Below are positions 9,460 to 18,072 of a DNA stretch of 46,088 nt, one piece after another. Source of the stretch: a virus (Duplodnaviria > Caudoviricetes); the IMG/VR virus record IMGVR_UViG_3300037473_000433, positions 1 to 46,088 of that record, one strand, 5' to 3'. Numbering within the stretch: the first letter of the stretch is position 1; each line of letters opens with the position of its first letter. A program made the position numbers and the translations under genes. The notes below the pieces were generated by a model. That model did no database searches. It saw only the letters and a list, made by a program, of their open reading frames with translations, and was not told the origin of the DNA.

Positions 9460-10345
9460 TGATCAATTCCTGGCAGCGTTTCGCGTACGTGAAATCCCGC
9501 ATGACTATTTCCCGGGCCAACCGCCCTATTTCGGACCATTTACCCCCGAGCAAAATGCTGGAAACTGTTTCGGTTAACCCATCCTCGTATGTCTGATGGG
9601 GAAACTCCGGCCCTGGATCGCCCAGAATATGCCGGTGCAGAACAAACGCCCCTGCGCCGCCCGCCAACCAAACCCGATCCGACCAGTACCCGGGAACGTC
9701 GTCCCGCAAATCAACGCAGAGACAAACTGCCCCGCGGGAAAGAAGGGCAGGAAGCTCCCCCGCGGGACAGAACGAAATGTCGGTAACGCCCGGCGGCGGC
9801 AGCCCATTGTCGCCAGCCCATGCAACGCGAAAATCAGCGGCAGCCAGAATTCGGGCCTCATCATACCGCTGCGAATATTCCTCCATTCGCGTTCCAAAAA
9901 TGACGACATCAAATTCCGGATCAGACTGGTATTGAACGGCACCCATCCAGGGCGGGCATCCCTGATCCAGCCGAAACGCATTGATTCCGAATTCTTGCTG
10001 ATAACGGTCAACGCAGCGTTCCTTAACCGCGACAAAATCCATCGTCCGCATCAGATCCCCGAAAACCGTAATCAGGTCCTGATGTCGCTGCTCAATCAAC
10101 AGGTCAAACCACCATTGAACCCAGATTGATTTATGCCCCGCGCCCTGTTTAGCGATTTGTTTTCGTCCGATCGGGTTTTCCCGATGTTCGAACAAAACCA
10201 GATCGCACGTTTTTTCAACATCCATTAACATCTCAATCGACGTTAGATGGATCAAGGCGTGGCCCAGTTCCAGGAGTGCGTCCGCCACCCACTGGAACTT
10301 GGGCCACGTCCGAGGGCGCGGCTCATAAACCAAACCGATTCTCAT
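9443..10345 (-). CDS. Glycosyltransferase, GT-B/CgeB-like
   Basis: 300 aa: FDVVIFGT, PGYWSDRVWLAGGAGAFVL and C-terminal EIGRLAREIVMRDFTYAKRCQELI, typical of the CgeB-like family. Confidence 0.8.
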   Translation of the reverse strand: MRIGLVYEPRPRTWPKFQWVADALLELGHALIHLTSIEMLMDVEKTCDLVLFEHRENPIGRKQIAKQGAGHKSIWVQWWFDLLIEQRHQDLITVFGDLMRTMDFVAVKERCVDRYQQEFGINAFRLDQGCPPWMGAVQYQSDPEFDVVIFGTRMEEYSQRYDEARILAAADFRVAWAGDNGLPPPGVTDISFCPAGELPALLSRGAVCLCVDLRDDVPGYWSDRVWLAGGAGAFVLHRHILGDPGPEFPHQTYEDGLTETVSSILLGGKWSEIGRLAREIVMRDFTYAKRCQELINVCCR

Positions 10346-11019
10346 GTCCCGACGGCCGCCAGTTCATCCTTTCGGGATTCGATTTCCTCGTCCGACAAAA
10401 TCGGAATGAATGCGGATTCCCCGGGGAGGCGCATCGGATTGCAGGTTTTCACCAGTCCCGTTTGACGCAGTTCGAGCGTCGTCGGGTATTGGGACGGGAA
10501 ATTGTCCTGAACCATCCGCGCCATCGGGGCCATTTTCTGCGGCAGGGCGGCCGTGTTCGGTTTCGCGCCCTCGGCCGTATTCATCAGATTCGGCTCCAAC
10601 AGCCGACGCATGAAATACATCCAGGTTTCGCGATCGCCGCTGCCGTTTTTCGTCTGCAGGCGAAACTCCAGTTCCGGCTGCGCGCAGGCCAGCGGGCGCG
10701 GGGGCTGCAGGGAAACATTAACGTCGTTGATCGTTTTCAGCAGTTCCGCATTTTCCGGATCCGCCAGCGGGTCGGTAATGCGGCCAATACCCCGTTTCAG
10801 ATCCAAGTGAATCCGCTGCCCGGGAATCGGGGCCGTATTGAACTGATTCAACGGGGCCTGGGCGCGCGGGCCGGAACGATGGGTAATGAACCGGCTGCGC
10901 AACGCCAGCGCAATCGGATCGAACATGACGTCCCCATTTCGGGGGTGGTCGATTTCAATGACAATCTCGCCAGCACGGATAGCAGACATAATATTCCTCG
11001 TTGATTTTTCCTCGGACAA
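10342..11019 (-). CDS. Hypothetical protein
   Basis: 225 aa ORF directly after the capsid gene; stop overlaps the next start. Confidence 0.6.
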   Translation of the reverse strand: MSEEKSTRNIMSAIRAGEIVIEIDHPRNGDVMFDPIALALRSRFITHRSGPRAQAPLNQFNTAPIPGQRIHLDLKRGIGRITDPLADPENAELLKTINDVNVSLQPPRPLACAQPELEFRLQTKNGSGDRETWMYFMRRLLEPNLMNTAEGAKPNTAALPQKMAPMARMVQDNFPSQYPTTLELRQTGLVKTCNPMRLPGESAFIPILSDEEIESRKDELAAVGT

Positions 11020-11122
11020 AAATCAGCAAACAAACGCGCGATAGATAGAAAAAATCTGCCCCCGGGTGGTGCCAATGGCGGCGGGAAATTGCAGAGCACC
11101 CGGGAACAGGGGAAACGTCGGC

Positions 11123-12721
11123 CTAGATCATTTCGGCCATGTACGTTGATGGGAGCGTCAACTGACCGCCCCAACGCATACGGGCGAGGAGCAGTTTGCT
11201 GTTAGACAACAGCAACGTGCGGCCCCGGTCCTCCATCGTGAACGAAATCCCGGCCCGGCGGTACATGCGGTATCCCCGCAGGTTGCAGAGGCCGAGGTTG
11301 CCGTTCGAGATGTTGTTCTGAATCGAAACGCCATAGTCGCCGAGGCGATAGGCGTTCCAGTTCATCCCGAAGATCGGGCGGGTATCACCCGTGACGCCCG
11401 TCGCGAGCTGCATGAAGACGCGGTACTGCGCGTCGTTCATGACAAACCGCGTGAAGTTCCCGCCAAAATTGTTTCGGGCGGCCTTGCCGATACCGAACGC
11501 CAGCTTCACGACGTCGCTGTAAACCATCGAGGCGAACGTGTGGGAACTGTTCGGGGGAACCTGCGTACCGGACGCAACGAAAATACCCTGGGGTTCGGTA
11601 GTTCCGTCCCCGATGGCGATCTGCTCGTCCAGCCATCGCTTCGACTCGTCGCCGATCTGGGCGATGACGGCCGCCATGAAGTTCGGCGTCGCGTCCTCCT
11701 CGAAATCGCGGCCCCATTCGAAGGCGCACGATGCCGGATAGAACGTGGTGTCGAACGCCGTGACGAACCCGGTCGTCGTGAATGGGGTAATCGCAGTTCC
11801 TGACGCCGTCGAAACGAACGTCGGGGTTCCGATCGAAAACCCGTCAGCCGACGAACCGCGCGACACCGGAACGTACTGAATGTACGGGGACAGTTCCCCG
11901 AACAACAGCGGCGTGCGGATGATGTCGTCGTCGAAGAATTCAGGAACGGCCTCAGCGCCGCCCGAGGTGACGTCATCCAGGACGGCCTTCGTTTCCATGT
12001 CATTCAGGAAACGCCGCTGCATCTGGAGGTTGTCCCCCTTGCCGACGCAGCCCGTCCATTTGTCCTTATGGACGCATTCCTTCAGCAGGCCCATTTCCTC
12101 CTCGTTCATCCGCCAGGATTTGCGAAGTTCGGGAATGTCCTGCAGCATGCGGAACTTGAGGAACGCCGCCGACTTCATTTTTTCGAGTTCGGACGGCGTG
12201 TCGATGTACCGCGGGGCAACGATGTTGCTCCCGTCCGATCCCTCGAGGATGAACGCGCGCTGTCCCGGGGCATATTCCCCGGTATTTTCGCGGTGCTCCT
12301 TGCGGGGATTCGGCGCCCAGACAGCCGCGGATTTCACGCCGCTGTACCGCTCGCTGAACGCCTTGACGCGAACCTGGCCGTTGGGGTCCAGGTTTTTGTT
12401 CGCGCGATCATACAGATCCTGCGGGCTGTCCGTCTGGGCTGCCTTTTCTCCGGCCGGCGGCGCGGTGGGTGTGTTCTGCTGCAACAGGCGATCAATGCCC
12501 GCCTGCAGCGGCTTCAGCCGTTCGTCAATCGCCGAATCGATCAGGCCCTTGATCCGGTTCGCCGGATTCTCCTCGGCCGTCAGCGTTTCGTACTCGCTGG
12601 GGGACAATCGGCCCCCAACCATTGCATCAGCAGCCGCCCGGCCCAGCGCCTCGTCGGTGACGTCGGCGGCGACCAGCGATTTCGAAACCATATGGTCCCG
12701 AAGTTTCGTGGAAACCTTCAT
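11123..12721 (-). CDS. Major capsid protein (HK97 fold) with long N-terminal scaffold-like region
   Basis: SGGAEAVPEFFDDDII, IAIGDGTTEPQGI, FVMN and RMRWGG motifs; ATG at 12721 follows a GGAG Shine-Dalgarno. Confidence 0.9.
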   Translation of the reverse strand: MKVSTKLRDHMVSKSLVAADVTDEALGRAAADAMVGGRLSPSEYETLTAEENPANRIKGLIDSAIDERLKPLQAGIDRLLQQNTPTAPPAGEKAAQTDSPQDLYDRANKNLDPNGQVRVKAFSERYSGVKSAAVWAPNPRKEHRENTGEYAPGQRAFILEGSDGSNIVAPRYIDTPSELEKMKSAAFLKFRMLQDIPELRKSWRMNEEEMGLLKECVHKDKWTGCVGKGDNLQMQRRFLNDMETKAVLDDVTSGGAEAVPEFFDDDIIRTPLLFGELSPYIQYVPVSRGSSADGFSIGTPTFVSTASGTAITPFTTTGFVTAFDTTFYPASCAFEWGRDFEEDATPNFMAAVIAQIGDESKRWLDEQIAIGDGTTEPQGIFVASGTQVPPNSSHTFASMVYSDVVKLAFGIGKAARNNFGGNFTRFVMNDAQYRVFMQLATGVTGDTRPIFGMNWNAYRLGDYGVSIQNNISNGNLGLCNLRGYRMYRRAGISFTMEDRGRTLLLSNSKLLLARMRWGGQLTLPSTYMAEMI

Positions 12722-12762
12722 GTCATACTCCAAAAAAGGAAATGCCGCCGGGGACGCCCCGA

Positions 12763-15255
12763 CTAAACCAAAGAAAGAAGCTCGGATTCGAGTTCCGCGT
12801 CGTCAATCTGACGGGACGCGGATTCGATGATTCGTTTTGCAATACCCGCATTTTTTACAGCCCCATACAAAAATTGGGCTGCAATGGCCGTATAGGACGC
12901 CGCGGACTTATCCGCATTATCAAATTGCGCCATCGTTCCCTGATGCCCGCATTCAGGGCATTTCATCATTTTGCCCGAGTCCTTAACGACAGCAAATTCC
13001 GGACGGGATTTCATGACGAAATCCGCCAGTTCCTTACGCGGACGATGTCGCGACGCGCCAGCCCATTGTTCGTTGATCAATTCGCGCTGTTCGCGGACCT
13101 TCTCCAGGGCCTGTTTGACGGCCGGGGAAATTTCGATTTCGTCCTGCTCGGAAATCGACTTGGCGTATTCCGACAACTCAAACAGATGCGCCCCGGACAT
13201 CCCGTCCGTTTCCGCGACGACGGTTTTCCGTTCCGCGTCGGGGAGATCGGGGAGCCATTTTGATAGCATCCGTTCCCTGACCTTTTCGTCCGGACAGTCG
13301 AATTTCAGGACGTCGTGGAAACGCCCCGGACGATCCAACAGGGCCTCGGGCAGACGTTCCGGGAAGTTGGTAGTCAGAATCGTGATCACGCCCGACGAAC
13401 GCCCGACGCCGTCCATTTCAGCCTTCAGCAAATCGATCGTGTCGTCATAGAACCAGTTGTCGATATCCTCCATCACGATCACGCAGGGGGCCAGTTCCTT
13501 CGCCAGGCTGTACGCATATCGGATACCGCCGTACGGGCTGAAATAATACAGGTCCCGCGCGCTGATCCAGATGAACGACGCCTCAGCCTGGTTTTTGACG
13601 ACGCGGGCGGATAGGGTTTTTCCGGTGCCCGGCGGCCCCATGAAAACCATCCCGCGATTTGCCGCGCGGCCCTGTTTTTCGTTGAGGTTTTTCAGCATCC
13701 GTTCAATCGGGGTTTGCTGCTTGCCGTCGAGGAAAACATCCTCGAACGACAGTTCGTCCCGCGGCAGGAATTCCCCGGACAGCGAAAATGCCTCGCCCTT
13801 CAGGAAATTATTCACCTTGGCCCATTCCCAGGATTTTTCAATAACGGCCCGATTCTTGGCCTCGTTTTTCAGGGACGTGTAAACCGTCATGTAAATCCCC
13901 GTCCATGTCGGGGTATATTTCACGACGAACGGGCCGTCCGGCCCAACATAAAATTGCATCCCCTCGATCAGAAACGACGCGTTCCGTTCAGATGTCAGTT
14001 CAATCACCTCGTACGCTGGCGGGTTTTCCCGGCCCTCGTGCGTGATGTTCCGAACATCCTGAACCTTGTCGTTGACGCAAACCCGCTGAACGCCCGTCAG
14101 GAACGAACCCATTCGGGCAGACGGAATATCCGTCGTGTTTTTGAACAGGTCCTTTACCTGGCAGTTGCAATGTTTTGCAACCCATTCGTACTCGAGTTTC
14201 GACGCCTCGAGGTACTCGTTGTTCGTGTCGAACTGTTTGCGGTTGAACCGCGCGGACAGTTTCAGATTCCAACGCGGGGCGGATTTGTCGACGGGATATT
14301 CCGTGATCCCCGTCGCGTCATCCGTCGCGGGCAGTTGACGTTCGGGTCGTTCCGTCGTTTCCTCAGGCTCCTCGGCCGGCGCATGATTTTTCGTCCCGCA
14401 ACTGCAGGCCGCCTTCGGCGTCAAAACAGTCGTCGTGAATGTTTCCGGGGGCTGGGTCTTTGGGGCCAATTCTGCAACGCTTGTGCTCAGCCTGTTGAAT
14501 TTGTCATCCAGTTCAACCAGCCGTTGCGGCGAAAACGCGAACGTTTTGATTCGGTTGTCGAAATACGACTTGGCCCATTGTTTGATCAGAGGGTCGTGCA
14601 GTTTCCCGCGGCTGAAAACAGTAATAACCGCGTCGACATTCGACGGGACGGAAACCGTTGACGCCTCGAAAACCTTGAATTTCGTGATGTGCCAACCGTC
14701 CGTACCCTTCAGCGGCTCATACCCATCCTCCTCGGGCATGAATCCGTGGGAAATCCGCAGGGCGCCCATGTCGATCAGGGCCGCGGCATCGCGCCCCTGG
14801 GCAATGTCCGCGATCGCGAACCGGCCGCGGGCCTCGTTATCGGTATGGCTGATCAGACTGACCATTTTGCCGATCGGGGCCATCGGAATGTGCTGCCAGA
14901 GCAGCGGCATCCGCAAATCAAACGATGCCCCCTTCGTCTCCAGCACGTCCCCGTCCCGATCGCGCGTCGTCGTAGTAATGACGCAGTCGAAATCCATGAT
15001 CGAACCGTGGGACAGGGACAGCCCGGCAATGCCGACGTCCTTGATGTCCATGTCGGGGTGACTGTACGTCAATTTCCCCTCGGCCGCGGCGAGTTCCTTC
15101 TGCCAGTCCCCCGGGGGATGGTCGCCGTACAGTTTCGTCGGGCAGAGGCCGCCGTTGAGGCAACCCTCAATTTCCCGAAAATACCTGTCTGCGCGAATGA
15201 TTCCGTGTTTGCTGGTTTTGGCGGACGCGAGGATCAATTCGCGGGACATTGGCAT
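12763..15255 (-). CDS. HK97-type prohead protease fused to an AAA+ ATPase and a C-terminal CxxC motif
   Basis: N-terminal DRDGD, PLLWQH, ISHGF, FEASTVSVPSN (protease); Walker A GPPGTGKT, Walker B VIVMEDID, sensor/arginine finger TTNFPERLPEALLDRPGRF; CPECGH. Confidence 0.85.
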   Translation of the reverse strand: MPMSRELILASAKTSKHGIIRADRYFREIEGCLNGGLCPTKLYGDHPPGDWQKELAAAEGKLTYSHPDMDIKDVGIAGLSLSHGSIMDFDCVITTTTRDRDGDVLETKGASFDLRMPLLWQHIPMAPIGKMVSLISHTDNEARGRFAIADIAQGRDAAALIDMGALRISHGFMPEEDGYEPLKGTDGWHITKFKVFEASTVSVPSNVDAVITVFSRGKLHDPLIKQWAKSYFDNRIKTFAFSPQRLVELDDKFNRLSTSVAELAPKTQPPETFTTTVLTPKAACSCGTKNHAPAEEPEETTERPERQLPATDDATGITEYPVDKSAPRWNLKLSARFNRKQFDTNNEYLEASKLEYEWVAKHCNCQVKDLFKNTTDIPSARMGSFLTGVQRVCVNDKVQDVRNITHEGRENPPAYEVIELTSERNASFLIEGMQFYVGPDGPFVVKYTPTWTGIYMTVYTSLKNEAKNRAVIEKSWEWAKVNNFLKGEAFSLSGEFLPRDELSFEDVFLDGKQQTPIERMLKNLNEKQGRAANRGMVFMGPPGTGKTLSARVVKNQAEASFIWISARDLYYFSPYGGIRYAYSLAKELAPCVIVMEDIDNWFYDDTIDLLKAEMDGVGRSSGVITILTTNFPERLPEALLDRPGRFHDVLKFDCPDEKVRERMLSKWLPDLPDAERKTVVAETDGMSGAHLFELSEYAKSISEQDEIEISPAVKQALEKVREQRELINEQWAGASRHRPRKELADFVMKSRPEFAVVKDSGKMMKCPECGHQGTMAQFDNADKSAASYTAIAAQFLYGAVKNAGIAKRIIESASRQIDDAELESELLSLV

Positions 15256-15262
15256 TCCCCAG

Positions 15263-15301
15263 AAAATAAAAAAAAGCCCCGCAGGTGAATTACCTGGGGG
15301 C
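15263..15301 (-). terminator. Intrinsic terminator just upstream of the protease gene
   Basis: Hairpin GCCCC(G)CAGGT-GAATT-ACCTG-GGGGC followed on the minus strand by TTTTTTTTATTTT. Confidence 0.55.
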
Positions 15302-15327
15302 CTCGATTTTTTCGATAGCCGGTTTAT

Positions 15328-15531
15328 TCAGGGGGACGACGGAAAAATCCGTTTGTGCATCCCCGCCTTGACGGACTGAAAATAACCCTTCTCGAACGGC
15401 ACCTCAAGGGAAATCGTACCATACGCGTTGACATCCCCGGCAACCGCATCCAGAAGTTTATCCAGTTCAGCCCGCATCGCTATTCGAAACCTGTCGTTTC
15501 GATCGTCGTCCGACGTCCTGCCCGCCGCCAT
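15328..15531 (-). CDS. Small hypothetical protein
   Basis: 67 aa between the portal and protease genes; AGGA Shine-Dalgarno. Confidence 0.55.
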   Translation of the reverse strand: MAAGRTSDDDRNDRFRIAMRAELDKLLDAVAGDVNAYGTISLEVPFEKGYFQSVKAGMHKRIFPSSP

Positions 15532-15542
15532 TTTCCTACCCC

Positions 15543-17834
15543 CTATGCTGCGAATCCGTCAATGAAATCCCCGACATCCCCGGTGCCAGTCGTCGGGGTA
15601 CAGCGGCAATTACACCGCTGTTTCGCCGACAATTTATGATACCCCGGGTAGGGGGCGTACTCCGTAATTCCGGTTTCAGGATCAAACAAAACGAATAGTT
15701 CAGAAATTCCAACCGTCTGGCCGTTCGCGGCGAAATGCGCGTCGCGCGTCGCCTCGTCCTCAGTCGCCAGCCAGGTTTTTGTTCGGGGGCCGCCCGGATC
15801 CTCCGCCATTTCCTGCGCAACTGCATACGCCCCGGCATTCAGCATCCCCGTCGTTTCCGTTCGGGCAATGTTCTCGGCCCGGGCGGGCTGGACCCCCAGA
15901 ACCTGTTGAATGGCCGCGATCTGTTTCGTCAAATCCCAGCCATTCGTAGACATCTGAATAAACAGGGATCGCAATTTCCATTGCGTCTTGATGTTAATTT
16001 CCGCCCAGTAATCCTCAGCCAGAACCTGGGACAGCGTCTGCCGAATGGCCGCCTGAACATTTGTCGGAAGAACCGTCAGGACGGAATCAACGGAGTCCTT
16101 CCGGGACATCAACTGCCCGCGCGCAGCCCCCTGAAATCCCGCCCGCGCGAGGGGAACCTGTACAGCGGCAATCAATTTCGCATCCCAATCCTCGGGAACA
16201 AAAACCGCCTCAGGCGTCCAATTCCCCTGCGTTTCCCGCACGCGCGACAGAATGGACGCCGTCTGCTGCTGGAAAAACCGTCGCATGACGGACGCCAGTT
16301 CCCCCTCGTGGAACCCGTGGGTTTTTAGCCAAAGGGACGAAAACGAACCCGCCAGGGCCTTCGCGGCCGGGGAACCCTGCTGCCCTGCCATCCGGGCCGC
16401 ATTCTGCGCGTCTATTTTCGCCTGCTCATCGGCCGCCGCCTCCTCAGGCGTCTGGTCAACCCGCTGCAATTTCATACCGGCCTTCACCAGAATCTGGTTC
16501 CCCCAGCCATTCGGCAGCGGCGGCAGGCCCATCAGGACAAACCGGGCGGTATCCACCGTAATACCGCTGGAACCCAACAGGGTGGTAACATTCGCGCGAA
16601 CCCCGTCGGGGTCATACGCAATCGCCTCCTCGATCCAGGCGGACAGTTCCCGCGCCGCGTTAGCGACAGCCCCAGCCAGGAATTTCGGCAGGACCCATTG
16701 ATTCAGCGCCTGCGACATCATCGTCAACAGGGGATTAACGACATTGTCCAGAAACGATTCCGTCGCGACGGTCGCGGATGCCCGGTTGCTGTTTTCGAGC
16801 TGCCCGGCGACGGCCGGATTCACCCCGAAAATCTGCATGATTTCTTCCTTGAGCATCTGCCCTGACTGCTGAAAATCCATCTCAAAGGGCTTCTGCGACA
16901 GGAGATCGACGTCCTCGATATTTTTGTCCGTGACGAGGAACCGTCCCCATTTGTGGACGCCGCGGTAGAGCTGCCGCAACGTCGCCTCAATCGTCTGCTT
17001 CTGGGCGTCGGTAAATTCCGGAAGGGATTTTGTACCGTCCGCCGCCTCAACCACCCCGGAACGGAAAATGATCGTAGGCAGGGCGACATTATCGAACGTC
17101 GCAGACTGGGCGACGGTCACCTTTTCCGACGCGGACGCGACGAGTTCTGACGCGTCCATCGGCCCGCGGGCTCGGGACGGATTTTCGGGATCTGGGTAAT
17201 AAAAAACCGCCATGTCCTCGGCCGGGACAAATACCGGCTTAGATTCCCCGGGGGCGGTAACGTCCCAGCCCTTTCCCTTTTCTGCCTTTTTCACCCAATG
17301 CGTCGGAACGGGCCAGATATCCCAGCCGGTTCCATTTCGTTCCGGGTCCTTAGGGTCAGCCCTCCACATCCACCAGAACGCCCAGCCCGTTAACTGGGCG
17401 GACGCGGCCGTTACGAATTTCAGCGCCCATTCCGTCATCATCGGATTGGGGTCGGCCAGCGCCTGTAACATCGGATGCTTATTGACGAGCTCAACCGTGA
17501 CGTTTTCGCTGAGCTGCGTTTTCAGATGACAGGGCAGCCGATTTTTAACCGCGAACGATTCCGGGGATTCCTTCTCCCCGGCGTCCCGTTCCTTGATTTT
17601 CCCGACGCGGAACGGCTGGCGCGCGACGCGAACGGCGATCGGGCGGATGCTGGCGTACACCCAGCCGGTGTTTTTCCCGTACTGGCGCCGGGCGCGGTTC
17701 GTCGCATCCGACTCCACGCCCGGAATCTGCGCGCTGCCGCCTGATGATCCCCCAGGATTGCGAACGGCGCGCCGCGATCGGGCGGCATTCACCATTTGAT
17801 CCGCCCGGTTACGCGCCTCAACTGCATGATTCAT
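15543..17834 (-). CDS. Portal protein fused to a MuF (SPP1 gp7-like) minor head domain
   Basis: Portal: WVYASIRPIA, IMQIFGVNP, NRASA. MuF: RAENIARTET, KTWLATEDEATRDAH, NCRCT. Confidence 0.85.
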   Translation of the reverse strand: MNHAVEARNRADQMVNAARSRRAVRNPGGSSGGSAQIPGVESDATNRARRQYGKNTGWVYASIRPIAVRVARQPFRVGKIKERDAGEKESPESFAVKNRLPCHLKTQLSENVTVELVNKHPMLQALADPNPMMTEWALKFVTAASAQLTGWAFWWMWRADPKDPERNGTGWDIWPVPTHWVKKAEKGKGWDVTAPGESKPVFVPAEDMAVFYYPDPENPSRARGPMDASELVASASEKVTVAQSATFDNVALPTIIFRSGVVEAADGTKSLPEFTDAQKQTIEATLRQLYRGVHKWGRFLVTDKNIEDVDLLSQKPFEMDFQQSGQMLKEEIMQIFGVNPAVAGQLENSNRASATVATESFLDNVVNPLLTMMSQALNQWVLPKFLAGAVANAARELSAWIEEAIAYDPDGVRANVTTLLGSSGITVDTARFVLMGLPPLPNGWGNQILVKAGMKLQRVDQTPEEAAADEQAKIDAQNAARMAGQQGSPAAKALAGSFSSLWLKTHGFHEGELASVMRRFFQQQTASILSRVRETQGNWTPEAVFVPEDWDAKLIAAVQVPLARAGFQGAARGQLMSRKDSVDSVLTVLPTNVQAAIRQTLSQVLAEDYWAEINIKTQWKLRSLFIQMSTNGWDLTKQIAAIQQVLGVQPARAENIARTETTGMLNAGAYAVAQEMAEDPGGPRTKTWLATEDEATRDAHFAANGQTVGISELFVLFDPETGITEYAPYPGYHKLSAKQRCNCRCTPTTGTGDVGDFIDGFAA

Positions 17835-17836
17835 CG

Positions 17837-18070
17837 TCAGGCCTCCCCGGCCGCAATCTTATCCGCATGTCCCGCAGTTTCCGCCTGGATACGCTTCCGA
17901 TCGCGGGCAAGCACGTCATTCAATTGAAGGATATGTTCCTCAAGAACCTCGATTTTGCGTTCGAGTCGCGGTATGTCCCGCTCCCGGGCAACCAGCAACT
18001 CCTCAGCCAGCGATTGAATTGCTGCAGATTCCATTTTCCGCAGAACCCATCGCGCGAATTTTCCGAACAT
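17837..18070 (-). CDS. Small coiled-coil hypothetical protein
   Basis: 77 aa, tightly packed between terL and portal. Confidence 0.55.
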   Translation of the reverse strand: MFGKFARWVLRKMESAAIQSLAEELLVARERDIPRLERKIEVLEEHILQLNDVLARDRKRIQAETAGHADKIAAGEA

Positions 18071-18072
18071 AC

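Noticed and set aside
11880-14661. Long plus-strand ORFs (11880-12830, 12068-12766, 13714-14661)
   Set aside because: Antisense shadows of the capsid and protease-AAA genes in GC-rich DNA; no motifs
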